Assembly: GCF_964355755.1 (NCBI RefSeq)
Contig: NC_092680.1
Span: 7,998,001-8,062,000 of the forward strand
Direction: 5' to 3'
Origin: Antedon mediterranea
Lineage: Eukaryota; Animalia; Echinodermata
Length of the DNA stretch: 64,000 nt
In this document: positions 24,893-38,065 of the stretch, piece after piece
How positions within the stretch are numbered: the stretch's first letter is position 1
How the letters are laid out: every line of letters begins with the position of its first letter
Translations under genes and position numbers: made by a program
Notes under the pieces: generated by a model
The model's database searches: none
Told to the model about the DNA's origin: nothing
The model's input: only the letters and a program-made list of their open reading frames with translations

Positions 24893-25780
24893 AATGTGAT
24901 ATGGTAGAATGTTGTTAGTAGTAATCCAAGAAACCATGTTAATTACATGTATCAATAAATAATAACGGTGTAAATAGCAACCTTATATGGACACGTCACT
25001 TTTTTTTTGTCTAAAGCCTCTTTCGCACTGATTTAATTTGGTAAAAGTAACCATGTCACTGATTATATTGACCAAGAAAAGTCAATCTGAACACTGGCTA
25101 CTACAATTCCCTCAAAGTTAAATTAACCATGATCAATGGTTAATTTTACAGAAACATTATTTTTGAAAATGGTTTTAATGGGAGTCAAATTGTGGATGAA
25201 TCCAGACTATTTAATTTAATTTTTACAAAAACAAATATTAATCATATTTGAGCTAATGTGAGAGTATGTTTATATTGTTTGTACAGTTGCGTTTACTAGA
25301 TATCATTGCAGGTATATTATGTAATTATTTTTATACAGTACTTTATATTATGGTAATATTTTCCATTGCAAAATTATGATGATTTACTCCTTTATTAAAA
25401 ATGTGGAAATGTATTATTGCATCGAAATAGTGTTTTATTTTATGTAAATCAACTGATTAAAACATTTTCATAGGATATATTTTGTGTTTTATTACTTAAT
25501 AAACACTGTATAATTTTAACATTAATTTTGAAATAATTAATACAGTATTTATCATTGTTATACTGTTATATTAGAAATTAACTTTTTTTAATTTAATATC
25601 ATATTAAATACTAATAATAATTTGTATTACATTTGTACACAATAAATGCATGAAGTTATTCCAGATTTGTTAACAATTTTAAGATCAAAAACTGTATTTC
25701 AAGATTGTTTAAAATTATAATTTAAGGATGCTTAATTATTAAAATTAAAATGTACTTTATGTGTATTGTATTGTTATAGA

Positions 25781-26638
25781 CCGTATTTATTCGAATAAAC
25801 TCCCCACTTTGAGTAAACTCCCCACTTTGAGTAAACTCCCCACTTTGAGTAAACTCCCCTCGAATAAACGCTCCCAATAGAACCACAGATTATATAGCGC
25901 AGAACGTCATTTGGAATGAACACCACCTCTCCCCTTTTGAATAAACGCTCTCCACAGAACATCTTGGAATAAACGACCCGATTTAATTAAACTTTTCTCT
26001 CTTGAATAAACACTCCTAATAAAAAATCATTTTGAAACCCACCCCCATTATCGAATAAACGCCCATCGTAAGGGCGTGGTTGCGGACTAGTCCATTATGG
26101 TAAAGGAGTGTTCTAGGAACTTTTTACTTTCGTATCCGAAAGCCCTCGTGCTATTGTCGGTTTATACAGGTAAGCTAGGCACCAAAGACACAATCATAAA
26201 CAATATTGAATTAAAACGCATTCCTATTTGTAGTAGTAGAATAATTCATTAATTGCCATTATCTACTTTTTACCAAGCATTCAATGCTTGCAATCAAGTT
26301 GATTTAAAAATCCTCCCTCAAAAATACTTCCCCTTTAACTTTGGGGGGTTTAGAAGGGATTTGAAAAAATGTATTACTGATATCGAATTCATCTAGACTA
26401 TCACTGTGTTTTTATGTCTATTGCGTTTTTCGTACTATTGGTTGGGAAAGCCACTCGACAGTGCAGTTCTTTTGAACTGATCCACTTTTGGTTACCCGCA
26501 GGTGCTGATAGTACTTTTGTTCTGTTTTGTTGAATGATGCCGTTCCTTGTTTATGATTTTTGTATGTTACCTGGAAATTGAATAAAATAAAATAAAATAA
26601 ATAAAAACCCTCCTGAACAAAAAATCGAATAAATACAG
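25781..26638. mobile_element. Tc1/pogo-like MITE with internal 18-bp tandem repeats
   Basis: Left end ccgtatttattcgaataaac, degenerate right end cgaataaatacag. About 3 copies of gagtaaactccccacttt near 25795-25860, plus repeated gaataaac motifs. Confidence 0.55.
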
Positions 26639-27619
26639 AGATTTACTATATTAGGACTAGAGGAGAATGTCATAGTTACCTACTCATCGTCCCGCATTTT
26701 AGTGATTTTTTTTTAATGAAAGGCATTTTGTACAAACACATGCGTGACCATTAAAACTATTTTAAGTGAACTGCAATTCAAATTATGTTTATTAAAAAAA
26801 AGTTACGTGAGTATTCGTTAATCAATACAAAATATGTATAATTATATAATAAATACCACAGTGCACATACGTATCCGTAGATGGGCCTATACTTGAACAA
26901 ATCAATGGTGCAGCTGCCCGGTACGGTATAAAAAAACACTGATAAAACAGCCTAAAAGTCGGACAATTGTGATGATCCCACTTCCATCACAGCGCCATTG
27001 GTATAGGCCTACACAAGCCTAACTTTAATTCATAAAACAGTTACAATAATGAATCACTCGACTGAGCTAAACTGGTCATCTTGCTTTAATAATCTCAGTC
27101 TTCAATACAACCCCATACAACAAAAACTAAATTTGTTTTAAATAATATCTATCATAAATGTTTAATCTAGGATGGTGTGGCCACACACGTCAGTTGCCAC
27201 ATACGTTGTGTGAATAATAACAAAACCTGCACAATGCCATTTAATTTGCATAGAAACGCATGTCGTACAACGATGAGATATAAATTCTCTTTTTAAACAC
27301 GTAACAAAGAGCATTATTAATTTCGTTCCCTCAAAATGACGATTTTAGGCGAATTTTTGCATTATTTATATGACAGAAGGCAGCTGGCAACAGGCCGCGA
27401 GTGGCAAAAAAAATCCGTAAAGATTCGAAAGAGTACTCAAACAGCAACAGAGCATTGTTACGCTGACAATAATTGTCTATTTACACGCGCTTCATATTGC
27501 GCGATTCGTCGTTACGTTATAAATATGCATATTCATGACGTAATCTTGCCGGAACGAAATTAGTTACTAAATTAATTAATTAATTATTAGTACCGTATTA
27601 ACCTATCTACAAATAAGAT

Positions 27620-27822
27620 GATCGGTTTGCTCAGTCGACTGAGCGTCGTGTTAATAATACGGATGCCATGGTCGCAAAGTTAGTTAAAGTTATGCGAGGG
27701 GTTCACAGAATTACACTTCCTCCTTTTCACCACACATCATGAGGCAGCAGTACCATTGCATCTGGTGATGCCCCAAGACTGTGGCAGGGCCTTAGTGCTG
27801 AGGCAGGGAGCACGTCATAAAA
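27620..27822 (+). mobile_element. Degenerate tRNA(Ile)-derived SINE
   Basis: gatcggtttgctcagtcg...gagcgtcgtgttaataa...gccatggtcgc resembles the tRNA-Ile(AAT) 5' half and is followed by a GC-richer body. No B box is seen. Confidence 0.45.
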
Positions 27823-27915
27823 TTGGTTTTTTTTCAGTGGCATTAAGCCGCTAGTATTCGATATCGTAAATTTTATGTTTAGCGCCCTCATTTTTTAAAG
27901 AACACCCACGTTATA

Positions 27916-28549
27916 GGTAGGCTAGTACACTAGCCTACCTAGTAGTAGTAGTAGTAGTGTAGTACTACTAGTAGGCCTATCTAATCTAAAACACCTAAAT
28001 AAATTAATTAGAACATCTCTACAAGACATAGAATCGTTGGAAAAAACAGAATTAGTTCTGGTTGCCTGTCGAAGTTTCGTAATGGTATCGCTGTCTTTCT
28101 AGCGCGCAATGCATGTTTGGGATTTATAGCGGGCCGCTAAAATTATTAGAATCTACTTTATATTTTTCACATTTTTAACCGTTTAAAGACGAGGAAAGTT
28201 ATCTCAATAGGATCATATAGTATTTATTTTTACATTAAATGTAGTTTGTGACCTTAAGATCTAAAAAACGTAGGGAATGGGACTTTAATTAAAAACAGTA
28301 ACTAACTAAACTATAAAAGTAAATTTTTATTCAATTAGTATTTGCCGCTTATCTTGAATATTAAAGGCTATACATGGTCCATTAAAAAATTATTTTTGAT
28401 GCGGGGGAGCAGAGCAGTTATAAACAGACTTGTTGGTATTTGAATGGCAAGTTATGCTTAGTTACATACAGTATATAAAGTGTGTTCAATATTAACAGTA
28501 GGCCTACGTTTTGTAATTTTAATTTTGTTTAAATATACTGTAAATCACT
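27916..28549 (+). repeat. Local duplicate of about 29630-31395 (minus the RTE and three other blocks), flanked by a 15-bp direct repeat
   Basis: aacacccacgttata occurs at 27901-27915 and 28550-28564. The interior matches 29945-30139 and 30970-31395 almost exactly. Confidence 0.85.
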
Positions 28550-29307
28550 AACACCCACGTTATAATTTCAGAAAATTAGGAACAAATAAATTATTATATT
28601 CTGTATATGTCTGTACTATTAGTCTGTTAATTTTAGTTGTAACTTGGTGTGATGTTGGTAATCTTTTTTTTTTAGTAGGAATGTACATTCCCATTTTTGT
28701 ATTTCTCTTTCACAAGTTGAAGTGTGCCACTGATAAAAAAAAAGTGCAGTGCCAATAAATTATTATTATTAATTAGGCCTATACTCGGGCCTATTATATA
28801 CTATATACATTTTTATAACCATTATGATTTTATTGTAGGTGATTATTTTATAAATTTTACAAATATAAAAAGTATGTTTTGTGGCTAGCGTGTGAGAGTG
28901 TTAGTTTCATTTTTCAAAGTAAGCGCAATTTCAATATTATAATAATATTTAAAAGTGCGTTGAACTACTAGTTAGAAGTATGCGCGTTTCCGGTACGCAT
29001 TCCCCTTTTACGCAAACGCCCATCCTATTTTTACGCGCGAGTTACGAGTTGTTGAAACAGCGCCCTCTCTACATGGTCAAAATTAGTCGGCTCTCGTATT
29101 ATTTCATCTCTGAACTAAAACTGTGGTGGTAGTATGATGAGAGGCCTACGTACTCTATTAGCCTACTACTCTAGTAGTAGTAAGACTCTGACTGGAAACT
29201 GTGCAAATATATACGGGAAGAGATGTACTTTGTGTTGGCCAAGCCATAGTAGTGTTGTTTAATTTTATGCTATGTAGTATATAATGCTTTGTAAAGCATT
29301 TATAGTA

Positions 29308-29436
29308 ATGGCCGTTTGCCACGATTTACCTGTTTTACCGTTGGATAGACATATTCCACAGAATGTACTCCGTAGGAGAGGAGCAATCTCCTTCAGTTCA
29401 ACCACATCGCTGTTCAAGAGCCTTCCGCGTCTCGAG
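29308..29436 (+). CDS. PDE7: First coding exon of a PDE7-family cAMP phosphodiesterase (PDE7A1-like N-terminus); the gene continues beyond the window
   Basis: MAVCHDLPVLPLDRHIPQNVLRRRGAISFSSTTSLF closely matches the vertebrate PDE7A1 start as I recall it (MEVCYQLPVLPLDRPVPQHVLSRRGAISFSSSSALF). The exon ends at a phase-0 GAG|GTAAG donor. I recognised no second exon downstream. Confidence 0.85.
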
Positions 29437-30139
29437 GTAAGCTACTACTGTAGGCCTATCACCAATAGCAGTAGGCCTACGTTAACTAAAATGACAAAAA
29501 AAAACATACAAGCTGTTAAGTTCACTTTAATTCTGTATTATCTATTTATTAATTTTGTCTGTCAAATATTAAATATTAAGTGACTCAGTGAGTGACTGTA
29601 TCCATCTAATCTACTACTACTACTAGCTAGTATAGAGTAGTAGTAGTACTAGTAGTACTATAGTACTAGTAGGCCTATCTAATTGTCAGCAGCATTGAAT
29701 AATAATGTTGATAAGAAAATTATTATATAACACCTAAATAAATTCTTGTCATTTGATTGGACGATTGAGGGTCACATGGCATGCAATAGTACAAACAAAC
29801 TTATTTAGTACTTCCACGCAATGATTCGAGTGTGATCTTGTATATCGTGACGAAAGTAAATTATATGAAATATATTTACTAATTTTGACCAAAAAAAAAC
29901 ATTTAAATTAGCTTTAGATCGTTTGTATGATTTTGAATAATTAATGAGAACATCTCTACAAGACATGGAATCGTTGGAAAAAACAGAATTAGTTCCAGTT
30001 GCCTGTCGAAGTTTCGTAATGGTATCGCTGTCTTTCTAGCGCGCAATGCATGTTTGGGATTTATAGCGGGCCGCTAAAATTATTAGAATCTACTTACTTT
30101 TCACATTTTTAACCGTTTAAAGACGAGGAAAGTTATCTC

Positions 30140-30968
30140 TGGTACTGGTACTGGTACTGGTTCAAATAACCGTCTCACAGAGACATCTGGTAGCCATTGA
30201 CTTGAAGTTGGCATTTGGATGTGCTACTTTTAAGTGTAGGCCTACAGTATGAGAGTGACTACTACCAAATTACACAGTCACAAAACAACTTATAAAACAG
30301 TTCATATATACAGTTAAAACATTGCTGGGAATTATAAATTTCTGTTGAAGCAGGCTCTAATGAAGTTGCATCTATTAAGTTGACTTTGTTGTACAACTCT
30401 ATCAAGTACTGATGGTATCTTCCGACCTCTTCGTTTACTTTGTGTTGTGTGAAAAGTAAGAATTTTTGTAGGATCTTCATTTTCTTTTCTAATTACATGT
30501 CCGATCCAGTTGAATTGTTGCTTGTAGACATATTCTTCTAGCGGTTGACAGCCAGTAATTTTGTAGAGATCGTCATTATCAATTACGTAACGCCAGTCTA
30601 TATAGTTTTCATCTGTTTCTTCATCTGAGGATATGTCTACATGGTTTGGTGGGCAGACTCTTTGAAAGCCATTCACTAGCATTCTTCTTAGGAAGGTTTT
30701 GTATGTTGTGCTAAGTTTGGACATTTCACTTCCTGTTGCCCTCCAAGCATGGCAACCATAGGTGAGTCTACTCCTAACTAGACCATTAAGAAACATCATT
30801 CTTGTTTGTAGGTGGATCGTTCTGTTGGTAAGCAATGCCCTATTCTCTGCAAATGCTCCTTTGGCTGAATTGATTCTGTATTTTACTTCTTGATCTCCAA
30901 TATGAACATCATTGTAGGTAGCCCATACACCAAGGTATCTAAAGTGTGTTGTTAATGTGTACGCCGCC
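30140..30968 (-). mobile_element. 5'-truncated RTE-clade LINE
   Basis: ORF 30332-30970 contains FRYLG, EVKYRINSAKGAF, RLTYGCHAW, WIGHVIR and RRGR. A (TACCAG)n tail lies at 30140-30160. The element is absent from the duplicate at about 28205. Confidence 0.9.
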
Positions 30969-33900
30969 AATCATAGTATTTATTTTTACATTTGTAAATG
31001 TAGTTTGTGACCTTAAGATCTAAAAAACGTAGGGAATGGGACTTTAATTAAAAACAGTAACTAACTAAACTATAAAGTAAATTTTTATTCAATTAGTATT
31101 TGCCGCTTATCTTGAATATTAAAGGCTATACATGGTCCATTAAAAAATTATTTTTGATGCGGGGGAGCAGAGCAGTTATAAACAGACTTGTTGGTATTTG
31201 AACACGACTCATTTAATATTCTGAAAATGTTTAAAGAGGCTAATGCAAGCAATAGTACCTGAATCGTTAAAAGGAGAATGGCAAGTTATGCTTAGTTACA
31301 TACAGTATTTACAGTATATAAAGTGTGTTCAATATTAACAGTAGGCCTACGTTTTGTAATTTTAATTTTGTTTAAATATACTTTAAATCACTAACATTAA
31401 TTTAAAACGAAATGTGAAATAACTTTGATACATTTTGATTAGTAGGTATAATTTCAAAAATTATCTACCTACAGTCATTTGATATTTTATTCATTCTTAA
31501 CTGTTATGGTTATTGTGGTTTTCACTTTTCACGTCATCATTGCATGAGCCTACACTATACGCGATATAAATTGCTGGTATACTGATTAAGATACAGTTAA
31601 CATGTGATGAAAATGTTGCTCACTGACCTTATATTCTTTAAGTCTATTACTTTTCAAAGAACTTAATAAAATCATATATAAACCATTTACTGCAATTAAT
31701 GATTTTCAATTTATAATCTGTCCAAAGAATCTGTACAATAACAATTGGATTTCAATAGTAGATCCTAGCTCACACTCCCAGCCCCTTCAGTATTTCAAAA
31801 TGCCAGATTCTGGTTACGATATTTAAATGACATAGTGTATCATACTGTATGAAGAATTGAGAATGTAGTTTTATGAATATTAAAAATCCAAATGTATAGA
31901 GAAGGAAACTATATAGTTTATTATATATAGAAGTTACTTAGAATTTACTACTACTACTATATGTTAACACAATACGGAAGTATAGTTTAACTTTGTAGGT
32001 CAAGTGTGCTTTATAGTGTTATTCCTACCAGGACATAAAACACTATACCAATCATTGACCAGCCTTGTTATTTGCTTTTAGACTAAAGTAAAAAAGTACA
32101 GGATTTTTTCAAGTTATTTTATGACCATTACTTTCAAATAGAGTTACCAAAACAACTTAAAAAGGCGTATACTATTCTTTTATTGTTATCGTAATACATT
32201 TTTTAATAATTATATATCCACATTTTAACATTCTCTCTCCCAAAAACCTACAGTTTGAAACTTGTTTAGTATGTAGGTAGTGGAACTGGGATTATCTTGT
32301 TTTGTATTACTTTGTGGATCATGGCCCATCCATTATCATTACAATGTATCTTCACACATGCATGTCCTTTCTGTTTCTTTATTCTAATAATGCTGAAGGT
32401 TTTTGTATAGTAGATGGTATACTGCTCTAGATTATATTTATTAATTTGATTAATTCATTACTTAACTATGAACATTTTGATTAAAGTCGGTGATTCCAAA
32501 ATGCCCTTTTTGAAATGATATGAATTAGTTTTTTTTATGAGGTTATTGGCTCAAGAATAAGGCATGTACTGTCAAACAATTGTCATATTGAAACCTACAA
32601 ACAGGTACCCCACTTAATTGAAAAACAGTACAATATGCCACGTTTAGTGGAAAAACACATGGCAGTAAGTTAGATCATTGCATGAAATTATTAGTTTAAC
32701 CATGGACTAGACATATTTTTTAAAAAGATCTACCACCCCTGAAATTAACAAATATGGTAGCCATTTACATACTGTAGGGTCTTCTGTGCCATGACTCTGC
32801 TGTCGCCAAATAATACGCTAGTTGTGTAATACAGTGTGTCTATTGTTTAATGACATTTCAATGAAATAACATAAACATTTTATTATTTTCTATGAAATCT
32901 AAAGGATATATCCTTTATCTGAATTATATTAAAAAAACATAGTAATTGGATAGCCTTAATGCCGAAGCTCAATACATATTATCTACTCTTTTAAACCATA
33001 AGAGTTACTACTCAGTCATTCATGCTGGGGTACCTCCTAATTATCCAACAAGTGTTTACACTTTACAACAGTATTTTACATTTAGTAAACTACATACAAC
33101 CAATCAATTTTCAGCCATTTTTTTTTAGATGACATACATTTATTTTTCAGAATAGGTATAAAAGATACCTGTTCATAATGTTGTCATGCTTAAAATATGT
33201 TGTACATTTTTTTCTGACAGAATAATAAATAAAATTTGAAAACAAATATAAGCAGTTAATGAATGTTAAATTTAGGTTAATAAGAGTATGTTCAATTTAG
33301 AGTATGACTTTGCGAAAACCAGTACATAAAAAATGCATGTTTTTGATAATTATTTTTGTGTGTTTTTAGCATTGTTTGTTTCCTGTTGCTACATAATTGA
33401 TTACAGCATTAACATATTTAAGTCATCTTGACATTTTCTCATTATTATATTATCTAAAGGCAGCAGAACACTTTATTTAGAGGGACACGCCTCTATTCAG
33501 GGGACACCTACTATACCAATGGACACCCTACTATTAAAGAGATACTTTCCTGTAAAAAAATTGAAGTTAAGTATGTATGAAATATGACCATCTCTTATTG
33601 AGAAGACTCTCATACTTTAGGGGAAACACACCCCTATTAAGGGGATACTTTTTTGGCCTCAAATTTGTGGTTTTACTTTATTTGAACTTGTTTCTACAGT
33701 ACCTGTTCTTTTAGGTCTGTTTTTAAATCAATTAATTCATGTCTATTTACAGTATATAATATAATATATTAAGCTAATTTTACAGTAATACTAATACTGT
33801 ACAGTTTTTAGTAAACTATTGCCTGCTTCTGTTGTTACTTCCTTTGATTGTTTAACTTCCTGATGTAACTATAATATCAAGATTACTAACTAATATACAC

Positions 33901-35487
33901 CCCTATAAACAAATGGAACAGCCTATGTTCTCAATGCTAATTATTATTATTTGTAACATCATGTACTGCATGTTATTTTACTAAGAAGGAATAGCCTTGC
34001 TTCATTTATTAATCCCAAGTAACAGCAAAAAAGTAGCTTAGATAAACATCCGTTTTGTAAATGGAACTTAAAAACTTATTATTTAAGAAGTCCTGTATGT
34101 GTTTTTAATAATAAAGCAAATTTTGTATATATTTCTAAATTAAAAGATGTTAAAAATGAAGTATCTCCCTTGTTTTAACCTTTAAAAGTACATTATGTGT
34201 GAATTATTTAAAAAAATATCTACTGTATTATTCATTAATGTTATTTAGTATTCCAACACCCTGGTTGCATTCATTTTGTTTACGAAAGTAAATGTACATT
34301 GACTTAAAATAAGAGAGGATTTTAGTAAGTACTATTGTACTCTAACAAGTACTCATTTTATTCCTGGTTAATATACAGTATTTTAGAGATAATGATGTCA
34401 TAATGATGATAATGATGATGATAATGATGTCATCCTTTTCTAATTAAGGAAAGAAGAATGAAATAATATAGAGTATCCGTGACTGACTGGAAGTCGTCGT
34501 TTAATACTAATTAAATAGTTTCCATCATTAGGAATTCTGTTGTACTGTAATAAAAATATTATTCAAGGTTTATTTATTTCAATTGTTCTTGCAGTTAAAA
34601 AAAAACCTGAATTACAACAATCTTGACAATATATAAAAATTGGATACATAATATAAAAACATTTAACATTAAAATTAACATCTCCATTAATCAACAACAT
34701 ACAATTACAATTTAAAATATACATTATATTAAAAAACAATTATTAAAACCGAAATTTAGAACTGTCTGATATTGAATAATATAATATTGCCCCGCGAATA
34801 TGAATTGTAGTAAATTGCATTAGGCCCGGTTATTTAAAATATTTACGAGGTAGGGAATGGGGCTACGTTTGTATCGTTCTGTAATAGGTTACGTTAATAA
34901 GTAGAATTAGCATAATACTGTACAATACTGTATATCATATGATTTCACTATTAATGCAGTAATTCTAAACATTCTCCTTCTCTCTTAATTCTGATGATAT
35001 TGATAATACTGTATAAATCATCTTTAGGCGGAAAATAAAATATAATTTCTGAGCTGAGCTGATTTCTGAAAACTTTATAGAATTTAAAGGTTATATTGAT
35101 ACTACAGTATATTCTCATAACAATAAATATAAATAAAAGATTAATACAACAAAAAATTTTATTAATTTTAACCAACTTAGCAATTAGTACTACTACTACT
35201 TTTATTGTTAGCAATAAAAATGTTAATTTCAACACCAGATGAATATTCTACGACAATATCAGAATATTACTTTGATAATAATAATGTACTGTAAGTAAAT
35301 AATGATGTAGTGTTTGCTTGTTTATTAATTGTATATACTATGTTGTCTGTTACCATGCCAAACGCATTTGAGGGAAAATTAATTCATATTAATTACTTTT
35401 TGTCATTATACAATTTAATTTCTTCATTTTCATTTATTTCTTGATGCAGTATGTTAATGTCAATAATTGTTGGAAAACTCTTTTGGG

Positions 35488-36030
35488 CGAGTAAGTGACA
35501 AGATCTGGCTTGACTGGCAGTTAGGATGTTAAAAGAACTTGCTTAAGTATCACCCTAATTTTGACGAAGAGTATTCTGAAACTATTCTTGGCCAAATTTA
35601 GAAATTTCTAACAAAATTTAGTTATCTCTTATTGGACCTGGATTAACAACTCTGTTGGCCACTGCCAAAATAAATAGAGACTGGTGACTTTAATTGATCT
35701 ACCGCACAGCACAACTTATAAAAGAAGCTCATTAAAATGTTCACATTATAATTAGTACACGAGTAAGTGACAAGATCTGGCTTGACTGGCAGTTAGGATG
35801 TTAAAAGAACTTGCTTAAGTATCACCCTAATTTTGACGAAGAGTATTCTGAAACTATTCTTGGCCAAATTTAGAAATTTCTAACAAAATTTAGTTATCTC
35901 TTATTGGACCTGGATTAACAACTCTGTTGGCCACTGCCAAAATAAATAGAGACTGGTGACTTTAATTGATCTACCGCACAGCACAACTTATAAAAGAAGC
36001 TCATTAAAATGTTCACATTATAATTAGTAC
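35488..36030. repeat. Tandem duplication, 2 copies with a 272-bp period
   Basis: cgagtaagtgacaagatctgg...cattataattagtac occurs at 35488-35758 and again at 35760-36030, apparently identical. Confidence 0.92.
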
Positions 36031-37799
36031 CTGTCAGTTGATGCTTTTTGTACTGTATGTGTTTAAAATTGTTATATGTTTGATATAGATATTGCAATTT
36101 TTATGGGTTAGGGTCATGTCAATGCGATATAAAAACACATTGAAACACGGTTTTATTTATTAATTAGATTTAATTTATACAGTGGATTGATTTGCTTGTT
36201 AGTAAAATAGTAAATTATTCATGATATACTGTACAGTAAAGATTGGTATCTGCAAGAAATTACATTTGGAAATTTGTGTAAAATGCTATACATGCTTTGC
36301 AAGCTAACATCCCTGCTATTAGGCTGATATGTACATGGGATGTGTCTAACTACTAAAATATACTTTTGTGAGAACACTTTGGCCGAAATTGCCAAAAGGA
36401 ATTGACAAAATTAGGAATCAAATTTAAAGTTAAGATTTTATTCTAAAAAACTGACATAAATAAAGCTATAATAATAGCGTTGTAAAATGTCTCAATACAA
36501 CCATCTTCTGGAGAATGCAAGTAGAATCCAATCATTTCTAGAATTCTCCAAAAAAATGGTTTCAGCTGAGCATAAACAAAACGTTGCAACCATACTTTTT
36601 TCTTTTTGGGAAACCAACATAATAGGATTTTTTAAGCTCTATTAAACTTCTCTCAAAATAAAAAAAATACACATTTTCTAACCTTATTAAATATTTATTA
36701 ATCGGTCATGTCTCGATCTGCAGTACCAACAGATTTTTTTTTTCTGTTATTCATGTTTTAGATTATAATATTTATTATTATTTCTTCAGTGCATTTCTTT
36801 TCTTTTTTATTTGTGTCCAGGCTTGCCCAACTCAAGATTTTTCCCAACATCTTTCAGGGCTTTTGCCTTCATTTTCTGAAACATATTTTTATAATTCTGT
36901 ACAATCTTGTTTTCCTATGTATTCAGATTTTGTAAATAAATGTTTATTATTTTTATGTGCCAAACATTATTTGTTGTTAAACTGGTATTAGACAGCTTTA
37001 GATTACTGTAGGTAACAATATCTGGGCAAAATTTTACTGGTTTGTGATGAAAGAATAACCTCTCTCTCTCTCTAAAGTACCATAGATATAATTTGTGTCA
37101 GTTACAATTTTGAATATTAAACTCTTTTAAAATATCTAATTGTTTGATAAGATAAATGTTTGCTAGTTGCCATAGAGATATAAATATTGTGGTTATAATC
37201 AGTAATTTGATGATATATTTTGTGAACTATTGGTGTTGTGCTCATTGACTCATGCAATAAATCAAGTACATATTTCATCCTCTATTGTTTGTGTCTCTTA
37301 AAAGAACAAATATGATGACAAACAGAGGTGTAATTTATTTTCTATGTATCCTTTGTTGACTTGCATTTCTGTATTAACTGCTACCAATGAAATGTCCACC
37401 TTAAAGTACTCTATTCTGCCTTGCAATATTAACCATCTTATTAGTTGCTTTTAGTTGCTATGGTAATGAGCGACCATGGTATTTATCAAATTTAGAATTT
37501 AATAACATGTCCTTTGTCCTGTTGTGTATAATGATTAAACAATCGATTACATCACAGTTTATAGCTGTACTCTGTATCTACTTATTTTATATTAAATACA
37601 CATTTATTTTTTGCATTTACTTTATTTAAATCTACTGTATTTAAACAAGAAATAGTTTTTTCTTACTAGCACTAGCTTGTTAGCTGCAATTTTTACTATT
37701 ATTAAATCTACATGCTACAGTATATGATAGGTTAAACTAATTACGAAACAAATTTAATACCACAACATAAGGAAAATGTTATTATTTTGATTTATTTAT

Positions 37800-38065
37800 T
37801 CAATTCGTTCATTCATTCATGTGCTGTCTTTGATCCGACGGTTGGCAATCATGACCCTTCAATCGTCCTGTCCTCTGCCATCCGTTTGACTTCAGCGTAG
37901 GTTCCCAATCCAGTCCACTCTTTGATGTCATCTATCCACAATCTCCTTGGTCTTCCCTGCCCTTCCAACCACACATCTTTCCATTGAGTGCAAGCTTTAA
38001 CAATGAGCCAGAGCTTCCTCTTATCATGTGTCCTGCATATCTTAATTTAGATCTTTTAGATTTAT
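37800..38065 (-). mobile_element. RTE/BovB-like LINE 3' fragment
   Basis: Minus strand gives KLRYAGHMIRG...GRPRRLWIDDIKEWTG...EVKRMAEDR and a (GAAT)n tail. Confidence 0.8.

Noticed and set aside
25774-25962. ORF with repeated GVYSKW
   Set aside because: It is the translation of the 18-bp internal repeats of a MITE.
28270-28285. gaatgggac resembling the 3' end of an HDV ribozyme (also near 31035)
   Set aside because: No upstream complementary gtccc or nested pseudoknot elements are present in the AT-rich context.
36070-36095. miR-190-like atatgtttgatata
   Set aside because: The match is only partial, without the 5' seed, and I see no hairpin partner.
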